Assembly: GCA_963575745.1 (NCBI GenBank)
Contig: CAUYUJ010000293.1
Coordinates: forward strand, 1 to 64,000
DNA from: Prorocentrum cordatum
Taxonomy: Eukaryota
DNA length: 64,000 nt
Direction: 5' to 3'
Shown here: piece by piece, positions 1 through 13,119 of the stretch
Numbering within the stretch: position 1 is the stretch's first letter
Layout: every line of letters begins with the position of its first letter
The notes under the pieces: generated by a model
What the model was told of the DNA's origin: nothing
The model's input: only the letters and a program-made list of their open reading frames with translations
Databases searched by the model: none
Translations under genes and position numbers: made by a program

Positions 1-1102
1 AAATTTTGTTCTCGAAATTCAACAATTCGTTTGAGCTCTAGTATTTTTTCTCATGATATTTGATCTTATTCCCGCTCGCCATCTTGACCTCAGCTCGATC
101 GGGTAACTTTGAAGGCCAAAAAGCAGGCAGGCGGGAACGGCCGTTTCGAGTCATCTTGATACGCGCTATCGGTATTTCGTACTTAACTCGAGCTGTAGGG
201 CAGCTACAGAGCTGGTGAGCACAGCTATCGCACTCAGAATTATCGCGCGCGTTCGCCTGGTAAAACCAGAGGTCTGAACTCGGTCTGCCAGCCGAGCTAG
301 GTTCGCAAACCTATTTGTATTATTCGAGTCATCTTGATAGACACTCTCGGTTTTCTGTACTTAACTCGAGCTTTAGGGCAGCTACAGTGCTTGTAATCAC
401 AGCTATCGCTCTCAGAATCATCACGCGCGTTCGTCTGTTGAATCCAGAGGTCTGAACTCGGTCTGCTAGCCGAGCTAGGTCCGCAAACCTATCAGGATTA
501 TTGGAGTGATCTTGATAGACGCTCTCGGTTTTCTGTACTTAACTCGAGCTGTAGGGCAGCTACAGGGCTCATTGTGACAGACATCGCTGGGGAATTATCA
601 GTCGAGTTCGTCTATCGTACCGAGAGCTCTGAACTCGGCCTGCTGCCCGAGCTAGGTTCGCGAAGCTGTTCGTATTGTCCGAATGATCTTGAGACATGCT
701 CTCAATTTTCTGCACTCAACTCGTGCTGGGGAAGGGCTACAGTGCTGCAGGTCGCATGTATCGAATTGCACACATCAGGCACGTCTTTCGGTCGATTCCA
801 GAGCTCGGAACTCGGTCTGCTGCTCGAACTAGGTTCGCAAAACTATTATATTATTCGAATCGATACTGTCGGTTTTCTGCACTTAACTCGGGCTGTAGGG
901 GGGCTTCAGTGCTGGGAATCACATGGATTCGCAGACATCAGACGCGCCCGCCTGTCGCATTCAGAGGTCTCAACTCGGTTTGATACTCGAACTGGTTGCG
1001 AAACTGTTCGTTTTTTGTTAGCGTCATCTTGAGAGGTCTGAAATCGCTTGGGCTTAAAAAATAGTCGTTCTTTCGAGTTTTTTTCCACAGTATATATTGT
1101 CA

Positions 1103-1161
1103 GGAAGCTCTACGAGTCCCCCGGCGGTAAGAAAGGTTGACGGTTTACCGCCGGCGCCCAG
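1103..1161 (+). other. Representative family A 3' terminus: subterminal inverted repeat plus terminal stem-loop
   Basis: GGAAGCTCTACGAGT (reverse complement of the 5' end ACTCGTAGAGCTTCC), then CCGGCGGTAA...TTACCGCCGG 10-bp stem, then CGCCCAG followed by T. Confidence 0.9.
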
Positions 1162-4100
1162 TTTGACCATTCGTTAGAGCTCTAGTATTTTTTCCCATGA
1201 TATTCGATCTTATTCCCGCTCGCCATCTTGATCTCAGCTCGATCGGGTAACTTTGAAGGCCAAAAAGCAGGCAGGCGGGAACGGCCGTTTCGAGTCATCT
1301 TGATACGCGCTGTCGGTTTTCTGAACATAACTCGAGCTTCAGAGCAGCTACAGAGCTGGTAAGCACAGCTATCGCACTCATAATGATCAGGCGCGTTCGC
1401 CTGTTGAATCCAGAGGTCTGAACTCGGTCTGCTAGCCGAGCTAGGTCCGCAAACCTATTCGTATTATTCCAGTCATCTTGATAGACGCTCTCGGTTTTCT
1501 GTACTTAACCCGAGCTGTAGGGCAGCTACAGGGCTCATTGTGACAGACATCGATGGGAAATTATCAGTCGCGTTCGTCTATTGAACCGAGAGCTCTGAAC
1601 AGGGCCTGCTGCCCGAGCTAGGTTCGCGAAACTGTTCGTATTGTCCGAATGATCTTGAGACGTGCTCTCAATTTTCTGCACTCAACTTCTGCTGGGGGAG
1701 GGCTTCAGTGCTGCGGGTCACATATATCGATTTGCACACATCAGACACGTCTTTCGGTCGATTCGAGAGCTTGGAACTTGGTCTGCTGCTCGAACTAGAT
1801 TCGCAAAACTATTATATTATTCGAGTCGATACTGTCGGTTTTCTGCACTTAACTCGGGCTGTAGGGGGGCTTCAGGGCTGGGGATCACATGAGTGGATTC
1901 GGAGACATCAGACGCGCCCGCATGTCGCATGGAGACTCAACTCGGTTTGATACTCGAACTGGGTTGCGAAACAGTTTGTTTTTTTGTTAGTGTTATCTTG
2001 AGAGGTCTGAAATCGCTTGGGCTTAAAAAATAGTCGTCCTTCGGGGTTTTCTCCCACAGTATATATTGTCAGGAAGCTCTACGAGTCCCCCGGCGGTAAG
2101 AAAGGTTGACGGTTTACCGCCGGCGCCCAGTTCGGGCACAGGGTGGAGCTAGTTAGCCGACCCGACGAAAAGAGACAATGTGATAACTTTGAGTCGGTTT
2201 TCTGAACTTTTTGCAGAGTTTTGAAATTCATTTTAAGAAAAAAGTTTTTTGAGCGGTGAATAACAATATAAATTGAATTCTGAGAGCAGAAGGAGTCTGT
2301 AGCCCAGGTATTACTATCGAAAAATTTCCAGGAACAAACCATGTACCACCACTTTTGCAGATGACGGTGGTTTCGTCAACTTAACTTGAGCTGTAGGCAG
2401 GCTATGGATGTCTCTCGCACACGAGGCGATCCTGAATGATCTGACGCATTCCAGTGGAAGCGCGAGGGTCTTCAAAAATAGTTGCCTCAGGAGATATGGG
2501 CGGAACACCGTCTCTACGTGTGTCGAAAAATCTCAAGTTTTCGATTCTGTGTCGATTCTCTGCACTCTTACCAGTGAGAGGAGCTCTACGAGGTTCCCGG
2601 CGGTGACTAGGTTGACGGTTCACCGCCGGCGCCAGTTGGCCCACCCGGCCAGAACGGACAATATGGTAACTTTTGGGTGGTTTTGCAAAAATTTGAAGAT
2701 ATTTGACCATTTATTTTCAAAAAGCAGATTTTTACGCCGAGCATTGGCATATAAACTTCTCTCTGAGAGCAGCTCAGCTCTCTCGATACATTTTTGCATG
2801 AGCTGACTCCCAGGAACTGAGCGAATATGAATATCGAAAAAATCGAATTTGAAGATTTTCGAAAAATCTCAATTTTTCGATTCTGTGTCGATGCTCTGCA
2901 CTCTCACCAGTGAGAGGAGCTCTACGAGGTTTCCGGCGGTGACTAGGTTAACGATTCACCGCCGGCGCCAGTTCCGGGGAGCTGGAGAGCTAGTTGGCAA
3001 CGAAAATCTCGACGGATCTTTTGGTGACTTTTGGTCGGTTGAAAATTTTGTTCTCGAAATTTGACCATTCGTTAGAGCTCTAGTATTTTTTCCCATGATA
3101 TTCGATCTTATTCCCGCTCGCCATCTTGATCTCAGCTCGATCGGGTAACTTTGAAGGCCAAAAAGCAGGGGGGCGGGAACGGCCGTTTCGAGTCATCTTG
3201 ATACGCGCTGTCGGTATTTTCAACTTAACTCGAGCTGTAGGGCAGCTACAGTGTTGGTAAGTACACGTATCGCTCTCAGAATGATCAGGCGCGTTCGCCT
3301 GTTGAATCCAGAGGTCTGAACTCGGTCTGCTACCCGAGCTAGGTCCGCAAACCTATTCGTAATATTCGAGTCATCTTGATAGACACTCTCAGTTTTCTGT
3401 ACTTAACTCGAGCTTTGGGGCAGCTACAGTGCTTGTAAGCACAGCTATCGCACTCAGAATCATCACGCGCGTTCGTCTGTTGAATCCAGAGGTCTGAACT
3501 CGGCCTGCTAGCCGAGCTAGGTCCGCAAACCTATCAGTATTATTGGAGTGATCTTGATATACGCTCTCGGTTTTCTGTACTTAACTCGAGCTGTAGGGCA
3601 GCTACAGGGCTCATTGTGACAGACATCGCTGGGGAATTATCAGTCGCGTTCGTCTATCGTACCGAGAGCTCTGAACTCGGCCTGCTGCCCGAGCTAGGTT
3701 CGCGAAACTGTTCGTATTGTCCGAATGATCTTGTGACATGCTCTCAATTTCCTGCACTCAACTCGTGCTGGGGAAGGGCTACAGTGCTGCAGGTCACATA
3801 TATCGATTTGCACACATCAGGCGCGTCTTTCGGTCGATTCCAGAGCTCGGAACTCGGTCTGCTGCTCGAACTAGGTTCGCAAAACTATTATATTATTCGA
3901 ATCGATACTGTCAGTTTTCTGCACTTAACTTGGGCTGTAGGGGGGCTTCAGTGCTGGGAATCACATGAGTGGATTCGCAGACATCAGACGCGCCCGCCTG
4001 TCGCATTCAGAGGTCTCAACTCGGTTTGATACTCGAACTGGGTTGCAAAACTGTTCGTTTTTTGTTAGCGTCGTCTTGAGAGGTTTGAAATCGCTTGGCC

Positions 4101-4288
4101 TTAAAAAATAGTCGTTCTTTCGAGTTTTTTCCCACAGTATATATTGTCAGGAAGCTCTACGAGTCTCCCGGCGGTAAGAAAGGTTGACGGTTTACCGCCG
4201 GCGCCCAGTAACTCGTAGAGCTTCCCTTAGCTAATTATAACTCGTAGAGCTTCCCTTAGCAAGTTATTGCCGGAAGCTTAAGAGTAAT

Positions 4289-4685
4289 ACCTCGTAGAGC
4301 TCTTCGTCATCGATGAGCTAGAGGAATTCCGGCGCGGGGTGGAGCTAGTTGGCCCACCCGGCCAGAAAGGACAATGTGACAACTTTTAGGTGGTTTTGCG
4401 ATTTTTTGAAAGATATTTGACAATTCATTTTGAGAAAGCAGATTTTTACGCCGAGCATTGGCATATAAACTTTGTTTCTTCAGCAGCTCAGCTCTCTAGA
4501 GGCAGTTTTAGTATCAGTTGACTTCCGGGAACGACTTCATGTTGACTCCAAAAAATCTCAATTTTACGTTTTTCTAGAAAAGCTCCCATAAGCTCTTCGC
4601 TTCGATTCTGAGCTTTCTTACGCGTGCAAGGAGCTCTACGAGGTTCCCGGCGGTGACCAGGTTGACGGTTCACCGCCGGCGCCAG
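4289..4685 (+). mobile_element. Complete family B element (397 bp)
   Basis: Starts ACCTCGTAGAGCTC after a T inside an A 5' end (AGAGTAAT), ends TCACCGCCGGCGCCAG. Same length as the 24234-24630 copy. Confidence 0.85.
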
Positions 4686-4809
4686 TACTCGTAGAGCTTT
4701 CCCTTCGCAAAGTCTTGCTGGAAGCTTAAGAGTAATATTCCGGGGCGTTGGAGGGCTAGTTGGCACAAAATCTCGACGGACCTTTGAATGACTTTTGTCC
4801 GGTTAAAAT

Positions 4810-6134
4810 ACCTCGTAGAGCTCTCGACGAGATGAGCTAAGATGACATTCGGGCGCAGGGTGGAGCTAGTTGGCCGACCCGACCAAAAGAGACAATGTGT
4901 AACCTGGGGTCGGTTTTTGGAACATTGTGCAAGATTTGACAATTCGTTTTCATAAGTTGGATTTTTCCTACCTACAATAAGCTATGGCGCATCTGCTTGT
5001 AAAATTTTCAGGGCTCTAGAAGCAATATTACTATCAAAAGACTTGCGGGAACCGACTTTGCCCGCAGTACAGTTTGGCAGGTGACGGTGGTTGGCTTTAC
5101 TTTACTCGAGCTGTCAGCAATCTACAGACCTCTCACGCACACCAGTCGATGCAGAATGATCTGACGCGTCACACTGGAAGCTCGAGAGTTCCTCGAAATG
5201 GCTGAGTCAGGAGTTATGATCGAAATACCGTCTCTATGTATGCGTGTTGCGAACGGTGTTTCAATGATAATTCGAGCTGAGTGCATGCTATGCATTCCAG
5301 GTGCATTCCAATCGAAGCAGCGACATGCGTGACATCGAATGAGCCTCGAGAGTGTCCAAATTGATTAGATTTTTCAAAATTAATGAAACAAGGGAAAAAG
5401 GAAAAAAAAAAAAGGGGAAGAAGGGGGTGGAAAAAGAGCGAAAAGGGGAGGGGGGAAAAGGAGAAGAAAAGAAAAGAGGAAGAGAAGGGGGGAGGAGATA
5501 GATAAGGGAAAAGGGGGAAGAAAAAGGCAGCGAGAAAAATAGGCTAACCAAAAAACTCGCGAGGTCAACCCATCAGATCGATATAATTAGAATAAGTAAT
5601 CATTCCGACACAAAAAATAGTCTAGAGATGGATCGATTTATACAAGTTTATATTTTTTGTGTCGGATGATTTTTTTCTAATTTATATCGATCTATGGGTG
5701 ACCTAGAGAGTTCTGGTGCATTTTTGTCGACGCAGAATTGTCTCGCGCTCTCACTGAGAGCGCGAGACTTCATATGAATAGCTTCGCTGGGAGTGAGAAC
5801 TTTGGTCCAGCCGGCCGAGGCGGACAATGTGACAAATTTTGGGTGGTTTTGCAATTTTTTGAAAGATATTTGACAATTCATTTTGAAAAAGCAGATTTTT
5901 ACTCCGAGCATTGAGATATAAACTTCGTTCCCTGAGCAGCTCAGCCCTCTAGAGTCATTTTCAGTACCAGTTCACTTGGAGGAACCGACTTCATGTTGAC
6001 TCCGAAAAATCTCAACTTGAAGTTTTTGTAGAAAAGCTCCCAGAAGCTCCCGCTTTGATGCAGCTTTCTCACGGATGCAGGAGCTCTACGAGGTTCCCGG
6101 CGGTGACCAGATTGACGGTTCACTGCCGGCGCAG
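4810..6134 (+). mobile_element. Long composite family B element, copy 1
   Basis: B 5' end, extra internal segment with a 29-bp perfect palindrome, then a second B body and B 3' end. Near-identical to 13189-14279 apart from an extra patch at about 5388-5630. Confidence 0.75.
5740..5768. repeat. Perfect palindrome GTCTCGCGCTCTCA-C-TGAGAGCGCGAGAC (second copy 13880-13908)
   Basis: 14-bp arms are exact reverse complements with a 1-nt spacer; identical in both composite copies. Confidence 0.95.
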
Positions 6135-7458
6135 TTTGTCGTTCTTTGTTTTCAACCATTCGTTAAGAGCTCTAGTGTTATTTTCTCATGATATTCGAAT
6201 CTTATTTCCCGCTCGCATCTTGATCTCAGCTCGATCGGGTAACTTTGAAGGCCAAAAAGCGCTCGGGCGGGAACGGCCGTTTCGAGTCATCTTGATACGC
6301 ACTGTCGGTATTTTGTACTCAATTCGAGCTGTAGGGCAGCTACAGAGCTGGCAAGCACACCTATTGCATTCAGAATCATCAGGTGCGTTCGCCTGTTGAA
6401 TCCAGATGTCTGAATTCGGTCTGCTAGCCGAGCTAGGTCCGCAAACTCATTCGTATTATTCGAATCATCTTGACAGGCGCTCTCGGTATTTTGTACTTAA
6501 ATCGAGCTGTAGGGCAGCTACAAAGCTGGCAAGCACACCTATCGCATCCAGAATTATCAGGCGCGTTCGCCTGTTGAATCCAGAGGTCTGAACTCGGTCT
6601 GCTACCCGAGCTAGGTCCGCAGACCTATTCGTATCATCCGAGTCATCTTGACAGACGCTCTCGGTATTTTGTATTCAACTCGAGCTGTAGGGCAGCTGCA
6701 GAGTTGATAGTGACAGGAATCGGTTGGAAACGAGCAGGCGCGTTCGTCTGTCGAATCGAGAGCTCTGAACTCGGCCTGCTGCTTGAGCTAGGTTCGCGAA
6801 ATTATTCGTATTGTCCAACTCATCTTGAGAAGAGCTCTGAATTATCTGCTCTCAACTCGTGCTGGGGGAGCGCTGCAGTGCTGCGGGACACAGATATCGG
6901 TTCGCACACATCAGGCGCGTCTGTTGGTCGATACCAGAGCGCGGAACTCGGTTTGCGAACTAGGTCCGCGATACTATTATATTATTCCAGTCGATATTGT
7001 CGGTTTTCCGCACTTAACTCGGGCTGCAGGGGGAGCTGCAGGGCTGGGAATCACATGAGTGGATACGCAGACATCAGACGCGCCCGCCTGTCGCATTCAG
7101 AGGTCTGAAGTCGGTTCGATGCTCGAACTGGGTTGCGAAACTGTTTGATTTTTAATTACAGTCATCTTGAGAGGTCTGAAATCGCTTGGGCTGAAAAAAT
7201 ATTTGTTCTTTGGGTTTCTTGTCCACATTATATATTGTCAGGAAGCTCTACGAGTCCCCCGGCGGTAAGAAAGGTTGACGGTTTACCGCCGGTGCCCAGT
7301 ACCTCGTAGAGCTCTTCGTCATCGATGAGCTAGAGGAATTCCGGCGCGGGGTGCAGCTAGTAACTCGTAGAGCTTCCCTTAGCTAGTTATAGCTGGAAGC
7401 TAAGAGTAATTCCGGCGCGCTGGAGAGCTAGTTGGCAAGAAAAATCTCGACGGAACTT

Positions 7459-8920
7459 AACTCGTAGAGCTTCCCTTAGCTAGTTATAGCTGGAAGCTAA
7501 GAGTAATTCCGGCGCGCTGGAGAGCTAGTTGGCAAGAAAAATCTCGACGGACCTTTTGCTGACTTTTCGTCGGTTGAAAATTTGGTTCTCGAAATTTGAC
7601 AATTCGTTAGAGCTCTAGTATTTTTTCCCATGATATTTGATCTTATTCCCGCTCGCCATCTTGATCTCAGCTCGATCGGGTAACTTTGAAGGCCAAAAAG
7701 CAGGCAGGCGGGAACGGCCGGTTCGAGTCATCTTGATGCGCGCTGTCGGTTTTCTCAAGATAACTCGAGCTTCAGGAGCACTACAGAGCTGGCAAGCACA
7801 GCTTATGCATTCAGAATGATCAGGCGCGTTCGCCTGTTGAATCCAGAGGTCTGAACTCGGTCTGCTAGCCGAGCTAGGACCGCAAACCTATTCGTATTAT
7901 TCGAGTCGACTTGATACGTGTTGTCGGTATTTTCTACTTAACTCGAGTTCCAGGGCAGCTACAGTGCTGGTAAGCACAGCTATCGCACTCAGAATCATCA
8001 GGCGCGTTCGCCTGTTGAACCCATAGGTCTGAACTCGGTCTGCTAGCCGAGCTAGGTCCGCAAATCTATTCCTATTATTCGAGTCAACTTGATACGCGTT
8101 GTCGGGTTTCTCGACTCAAATCGAGCTGTAGGGCAGCTACAGTGCTGGTCAGCACACCTATCGCACTCATAATCATTACGCGCGTTCGCCTGTTGAATCC
8201 AGAGGTCTGAACTCGGTCTGCTAGCCGAGCTAGGTCCGCAAACCTATTCGTATTATTCGAGTCATCTTGACAGACGCTCTTGATTTTCTGTACTTAACTC
8301 GAGCTTTAGGGCAGCTACAGGGCTCATTGTCACAGACATCGATGGGAAATCATCAGTCGCGTTCGTCTACTGAACCGAGAGCTCTGAACTCGGTCTGCTG
8401 CCCGAGCTAGGTTCGCGAAACTATTCGTATTGTCCGAGTCATCTTGAGAAGTGCTCTCGGTTTTCTGCACTTAACTCGTGTTTGGGGCCGGCTACAGTGC
8501 TGCGGGGTCACATATATCGATTCTCACACATCAAGCGCGTTTGTCGGTCGATTCCAGAGCTCGGAACTCGGTCTGCTGCTCGAACTAGGTCCGCAAAACT
8601 ATTCTATTATTCGAGTCGATACTGTCGGTTTTCTGCACTTAACTCGGGCTGTAGGGGGGCTGCAGGGCTGGGAATCACATGAGTGGATTCGCAGACATCA
8701 GCTGCGGCCGCCTGTCGCATTCAGAGGTCTGAATCGGTTTGATACTCGAACTGGGTTGCGAAACCGGCTGGTTTTTGTTAGCGTTATCTTGAGAGGTCTG
8801 AAATCGCTTGGGCTGAAAAACTAGTCGTTATGTGGAGTTTTCCCCACACTTTATATTTTCAGGAAGCTCTACGAGTCCCCCGGCGGTAAGAAAGGTTGAC
8901 GGTTTACCGCCGGCGCCCAG
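7459..8920 (+). mobile_element. Complete family A element
   Basis: AACTCGTAGAGCTTCC start after T, 178-bp array, A-type 3' stem-loop ending CCCAG. Confidence 0.8.
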
Positions 8921-9022
8921 TTTGGGTGGTTTTGCAATTTTTTGAAAGATATTTGACCATTTATTTTGAGAAAGCAGATTTTTCGCACCTGTAAACGACT
9001 ATGAGGGCTTGTCTGTCTTAAT

Positions 9023-12000
9023 ATGAGCTCTGTAGGCGCTCTTTTACTATCAAAACACTTGGAGCAACCATCTTCATGCCGACACGAAAAAGTGAATTTG
9101 TCTTATTTTCTAGAAAATCCTTCCAGAAGCTATCTTTTTTCGACTCTGAGCACTCTCACGCGTGAAAGGAGCTACGAGGTCCCCGGCGGTGACCAGGTTG
9201 ACGGTTCACCGCCGACGCCAGTCCCGCGCATCGTTTCAGGCGGCCTGGCAGAGTTCCCCGTGCGGCGCTCCGCGCTTGGCATCGCTATCCGGGTTTTTCC
9301 CGGATAGCTCTTTGAGCTGAAGGGTTTCAGAGAAGAAGCCGGAGTGCTCGCTGGTTGGGCCGGACGCAAACGATCGCCGGTCCACGATTCTCGCAGCGCG
9401 CTGCCCGGCCTCGCAGCGGGTTCCGGGGCGCTTCGCAGCACGTACCTCGAGAGCTCTTCGTCATCGATGAGCTAGAGGAATTCCGGCGCAGGGTGAAGCT
9501 AGTTGGCCGACCCGGCCAGAACGGACAAAGTGATAACTTTTGGGTGGTTTTGCAATTTTTTGAAAGATATTTGACCATTTATTTTGAGAAAGCAGATTTT
9601 TCGCACCTGTAGACGACTATGATGGCCTCTGCGTCTTAATATGAGCTCTGTAGATGCGCTTTTACTATCAAAACACTTGGCGAAACCAACTTCATGTCGA
9701 CATGGAAAAAATCACGTTTTCTTTTTTCGAGAAATGCTTCCAGAAGCCCTCTCTTTTGATGCTGAGCACTCTCACGTGTGCCAGGAGCTCTACGAGGTTC
9801 CCGGCGGTGTCCAGGTTGACGGTTCACCGCCGGCGCCAGTTGGCCCACCCGGCGGAGGCGGACAATGTGATAACTTTTGGGTAGTTTTGCGAATACTTGA
9901 AAGATATTTGACCATTTATTTTGAGAAAGCAGATTTTTCGCACCTGTAGTGGGTTCAGGCGCGTCTGCCAGTAAACTTTTCAGGTCCGTAGCTACAGTAT
10001 TACTATCAAAACACTTGGAGGAACCGACCTTGGATAGAAACAGAAAAACGCGATTTTTCGATTTTGTCGTTACTCGCTCCACAGAAAGCTCCTTCCTGTG
10101 TTCTGAGGGATCGCTGTTGTGGATAAAAGAGCTCTACGGAGGGTCAAGGCGGTAATCGGGTTGACGGTTTACCCGCGGTTCCCCATCCGGGGAGCTGGAG
10201 AGCTAGTGGCAAGAAAAATCTCCGACGGGAAAAAAAAAAAAAACCCCTTTTTGTTTTTTGCTGACTTTTGGTCGGTTGAAAATTTTGTTCTCGAAATTTG
10301 ACCATTCGTTAGAGCTCTAGTATTTTTTTCCCATGATATTCGATCTTATTCCCGCTCGCCATCTTGATCTCAGCTCGATCGGGTAACTTTGAAGGCCAAA
10401 AAGCAGGGGGGCGGGAACGGCCGTTTCGAGTCATCTTGATACGCGCTGTCGGTTTTCTCAAGATAACCCGAGCTTCAGGACAACTACAGAGCTGGTCAGC
10501 ACAGCATCGATGAGCTAGAGGAATTCCGGCGCGGGGTGGAGCTAGTTGGTCGACCCGGCCAGAAAGGACAAAGTGGTAACTTTTGGGTGGTTTTGCGATT
10601 TTTTGAAAGATATTTGACAATTCATTTTGAGAAAGTAGATTTTTCGCACCTGTAAACGACTATGGGGGCCTCTCTGTCTTAGCATGAGCTCTGTAGGCGC
10701 AGTTTTACTATCAAAACACTTGGCGGAACCATCTTCATGTCGACACGAAAAAAACAATTTTTCAGTTTTTCGAGAAATGCTTCGAGAAGCTCTCTCTTTC
10801 GACTCCGAGCACTCCTACGCGTGAAATGTGCTCTACGAGGTTCCCGGCGGTGACCAGGTTGACGGTTCACCGCCGGCGCCAGTATGAGCTCTGTAGGCGC
10901 TCTTTTACTATCAAAACACTTGGAGCAACCATCTTCATGCCGACACGAAAAAGTGAATTTGTCTTATTTTCTAGAAAATCCTTCCAGAAGCTATCTTTTT
11001 TCGACTCTGAGCACTCTCACGCGTGAAAGGAGCTACGAGGTCCCCGGCGGTGACCAGGTTGACGGTTCACCGCCGACGCCAGTCCCGCGCATCGTTTCAG
11101 GCGGCCTGGCAGAGTTCCCCGTGCGGCGCTCCGCGCTTGGCATCGCTATCCGGGTTTTTCCCGGATCGCTTCTTTGAGGTGAAGGGTTTTTTCAGAGAAG
11201 AAGCGGAGTGCTCGCTTGGTTGGGCCGGACCGCAAAACGATCGCCGGTCCACGATTCTCGCAGCGCGCTGCCCGGCCTCGCAGCGGGTTCCGGGGCGCTT
11301 CGCAGCACGTACCTCGTAGAGCTCTTCGGCATCGATGAGCTAGAGGAATTCCGGCGCGGGGTGGAGCTAGTTGGCCGACCCGGCCAGAACGGACAAAGTG
11401 GTAACTTTTGGGTGGTTTTGCGAATATTTGAAAGATATTTGACCATTTATTTTGAGAAAGCAGATTTTTCGCACCTGTAGACGACTATGAGGGCCTCTGC
11501 GTCTTAATATGAGCTCTGTAGATGCGCTTTTACTATCAAAACACTTGGCGAAACCAACTTCATGTCGACATGGAAAAAAACACGTTTTCTTATTTTCGAG
11601 AAATGCTTCCAGAAGCCCTCTCTTTTGATGCTGAGCACTCTCACGTGTGCCAGGAGCTCTACGAGGTTCCCGGCGGTGTCCAGGTTGACGGTTCACCGCC
11701 GGCGCCAGTTGGCCCACCCGGCGGAGGCGGACAATGTGATAACTTTTGGGTAGTTTTGCGAATACTTGAAAGATATTTGACCATTTATTTTGAGAAAGCA
11801 GATTTTTCGCACCTGTAGTGGGTTATCGCGCGTCTGGCAGTAAACTTTTCAGGTCCGTAGCTACAGTATTACTATCAAAACACTTGGAGGAACCGACCTT
11901 GGATAGAAACAGAAAAACGCGATTTTTCGATTTTGTCGTTACTCGCTCCAGAAGCTTCCTTCCTGTGTTCTGAGGATCGCTGTGTGAGAAAAGAGCTCTA

Positions 12001-12340
12001 CGAGGGTCCCGGCGGTAATCTGGTTGACGGTTTACCGCTGGTTCCCATTCCGGGGAGCTGGAGTGCTAGTTGGCAAGAAAAATCTCGACGGACCTTTTGC
12101 TGACTTTTGGTCGGTTGAAAATTTCGTTCTCAAAATTTGACCATTCGTTAGAGCTCTAGTATTTTTTCCCATGATATTCGATCTCATTCCCGCTCGCCAT
12201 CTTGATCTCAGCTCGATCGGGTAACTTTGAAGGCCAAAAAGCAGGGGGGCGGGAACGGCCGTTTCGAGTCATCTTGATACGCGCTGTCGGTTTTCTCAAG
12301 ATAACCCGAGCTTCAGGACAACTACAGAGCTGGTCAGCAC
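9023..12340 (+). repeat. Local segmental duplication (about 9023-10500 repeated at about 10884-12340)
   Basis: Same ordered junctions (B end / GC-rich segment / B / C / A) occur twice; tracked ORFs 9023 and 10884 are near-identical. Confidence 0.8.
9444..9839 (+). mobile_element. Complete family B element (duplicate at 11311-11708)
   Basis: ACCTCG start after GCACGT, B-type 3' end. Confidence 0.8.
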
Positions 12341-13119
12341 AGCTAATGCATTCAGAATGATCAGGCGCGTTCGCCTGTTGAATCCAGAGGTCTGAACTCG
12401 GTCTGCTAGCCGAGCTAGGGTCGCAAACCTATTCGTATTATTCGAGTCATTGTAGCAGACGCTCTCGGTTTTTCGTACTTAACTCGATCTGTAGGGCAGC
12501 CACAGAGCTGATAATCACAGAAATCGATTGAGAATTATCAGGCGCGTTCGTCTGTTGAATCAAGAGCTCTGAACTCGGCCTGCTCCCCGAGCTAGGTTCG
12601 CGAACCTATTGGTATTGTTCGAGTCATCTTGAGAAGTGCTCTCGGTTTTCTGTACTTAAATCGTGCTGGGGGAGGGCTACAGTGCTGCTGGTCACAGGAA
12701 TCGATTTCGAGACATCAGGCGCGTCCGTTCGTCGAACCGAGAGCTCGGAACTCGGTCTGCTGCTCGAACGAGATCCGCGAAACTGTTGTATTATTCGAGT
12801 CATCCTGAGAGGTACTCTCGGTTTTCTGCACTTAACTCAGGCTGTATGGGGGGCTGCAGAGCTGGTAATCACAGGAATCGATCCGCAGACATCAGACGCG
12901 TCCGCCTGTCGCATTCAGAGGTCTGAACTCGGTTTCATACTCGAGCTCGATTGGAAAACTGTTCGTTTGTTTTGTTAGAGTCATCTTGAGAGGTCTATAA
13001 TCGCTTGGGCTGAAAAACTAGTCGTTCTCTGAAATTCTTTTCCACATTATATATTGTCAGGAAGCTCTACGAGTCCCCCGGCGGTAAGAAAGGTTGACGG
13101 TTTACCGCCGGCGCCCAGT

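Larger units (their letters stand above)
4687..7299 (+). mobile_element. Family A element interrupted by a composite B element
   Basis: 5' ACTCGTAGAGCTTTCC, interrupted at GGTTAAAAT, resumes at about 6135 (TTTG...ACCATTCG, noisy), carries 178-bp units and the A-type 3' end. Confidence 0.7.

Noticed and set aside
1116..1165. Rho-independent terminator
   Set aside because: No consistent U-tract after the stem, no upstream genes, and the context is eukaryotic repeat DNA.
1..4208. Telomere-type head-to-tail array of 5'-truncated retroelements
   Set aside because: No poly(A) or telomeric repeat at the 3' ends and no RT. Precise 5' termini exist, and apparent truncations are often the resumed host.
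4289..4340. Hammerhead ribozyme in the B 5' hairpin (CGATGA...GGAA), as in Penelope-like elements
   Set aside because: The core CTGATGA and GAAA motifs with three stems are not present; pairing is explained by the subterminal inverted repeat.
5388..5630. Purine-rich insert plus inverted copy of the adjacent sequence
   Set aside because: Absent from the sister copy (about 13765). 5555-5625 is a noisy reverse complement of about 5645-5710, typical of a long-read fold-back or low-quality consensus artefact. Needs read support.
10141..10260. Apparently divergent C-type terminus with long homopolymers
   Set aside because: The duplicate at about 12001-12110 is clean; the differences look like sequencing error.
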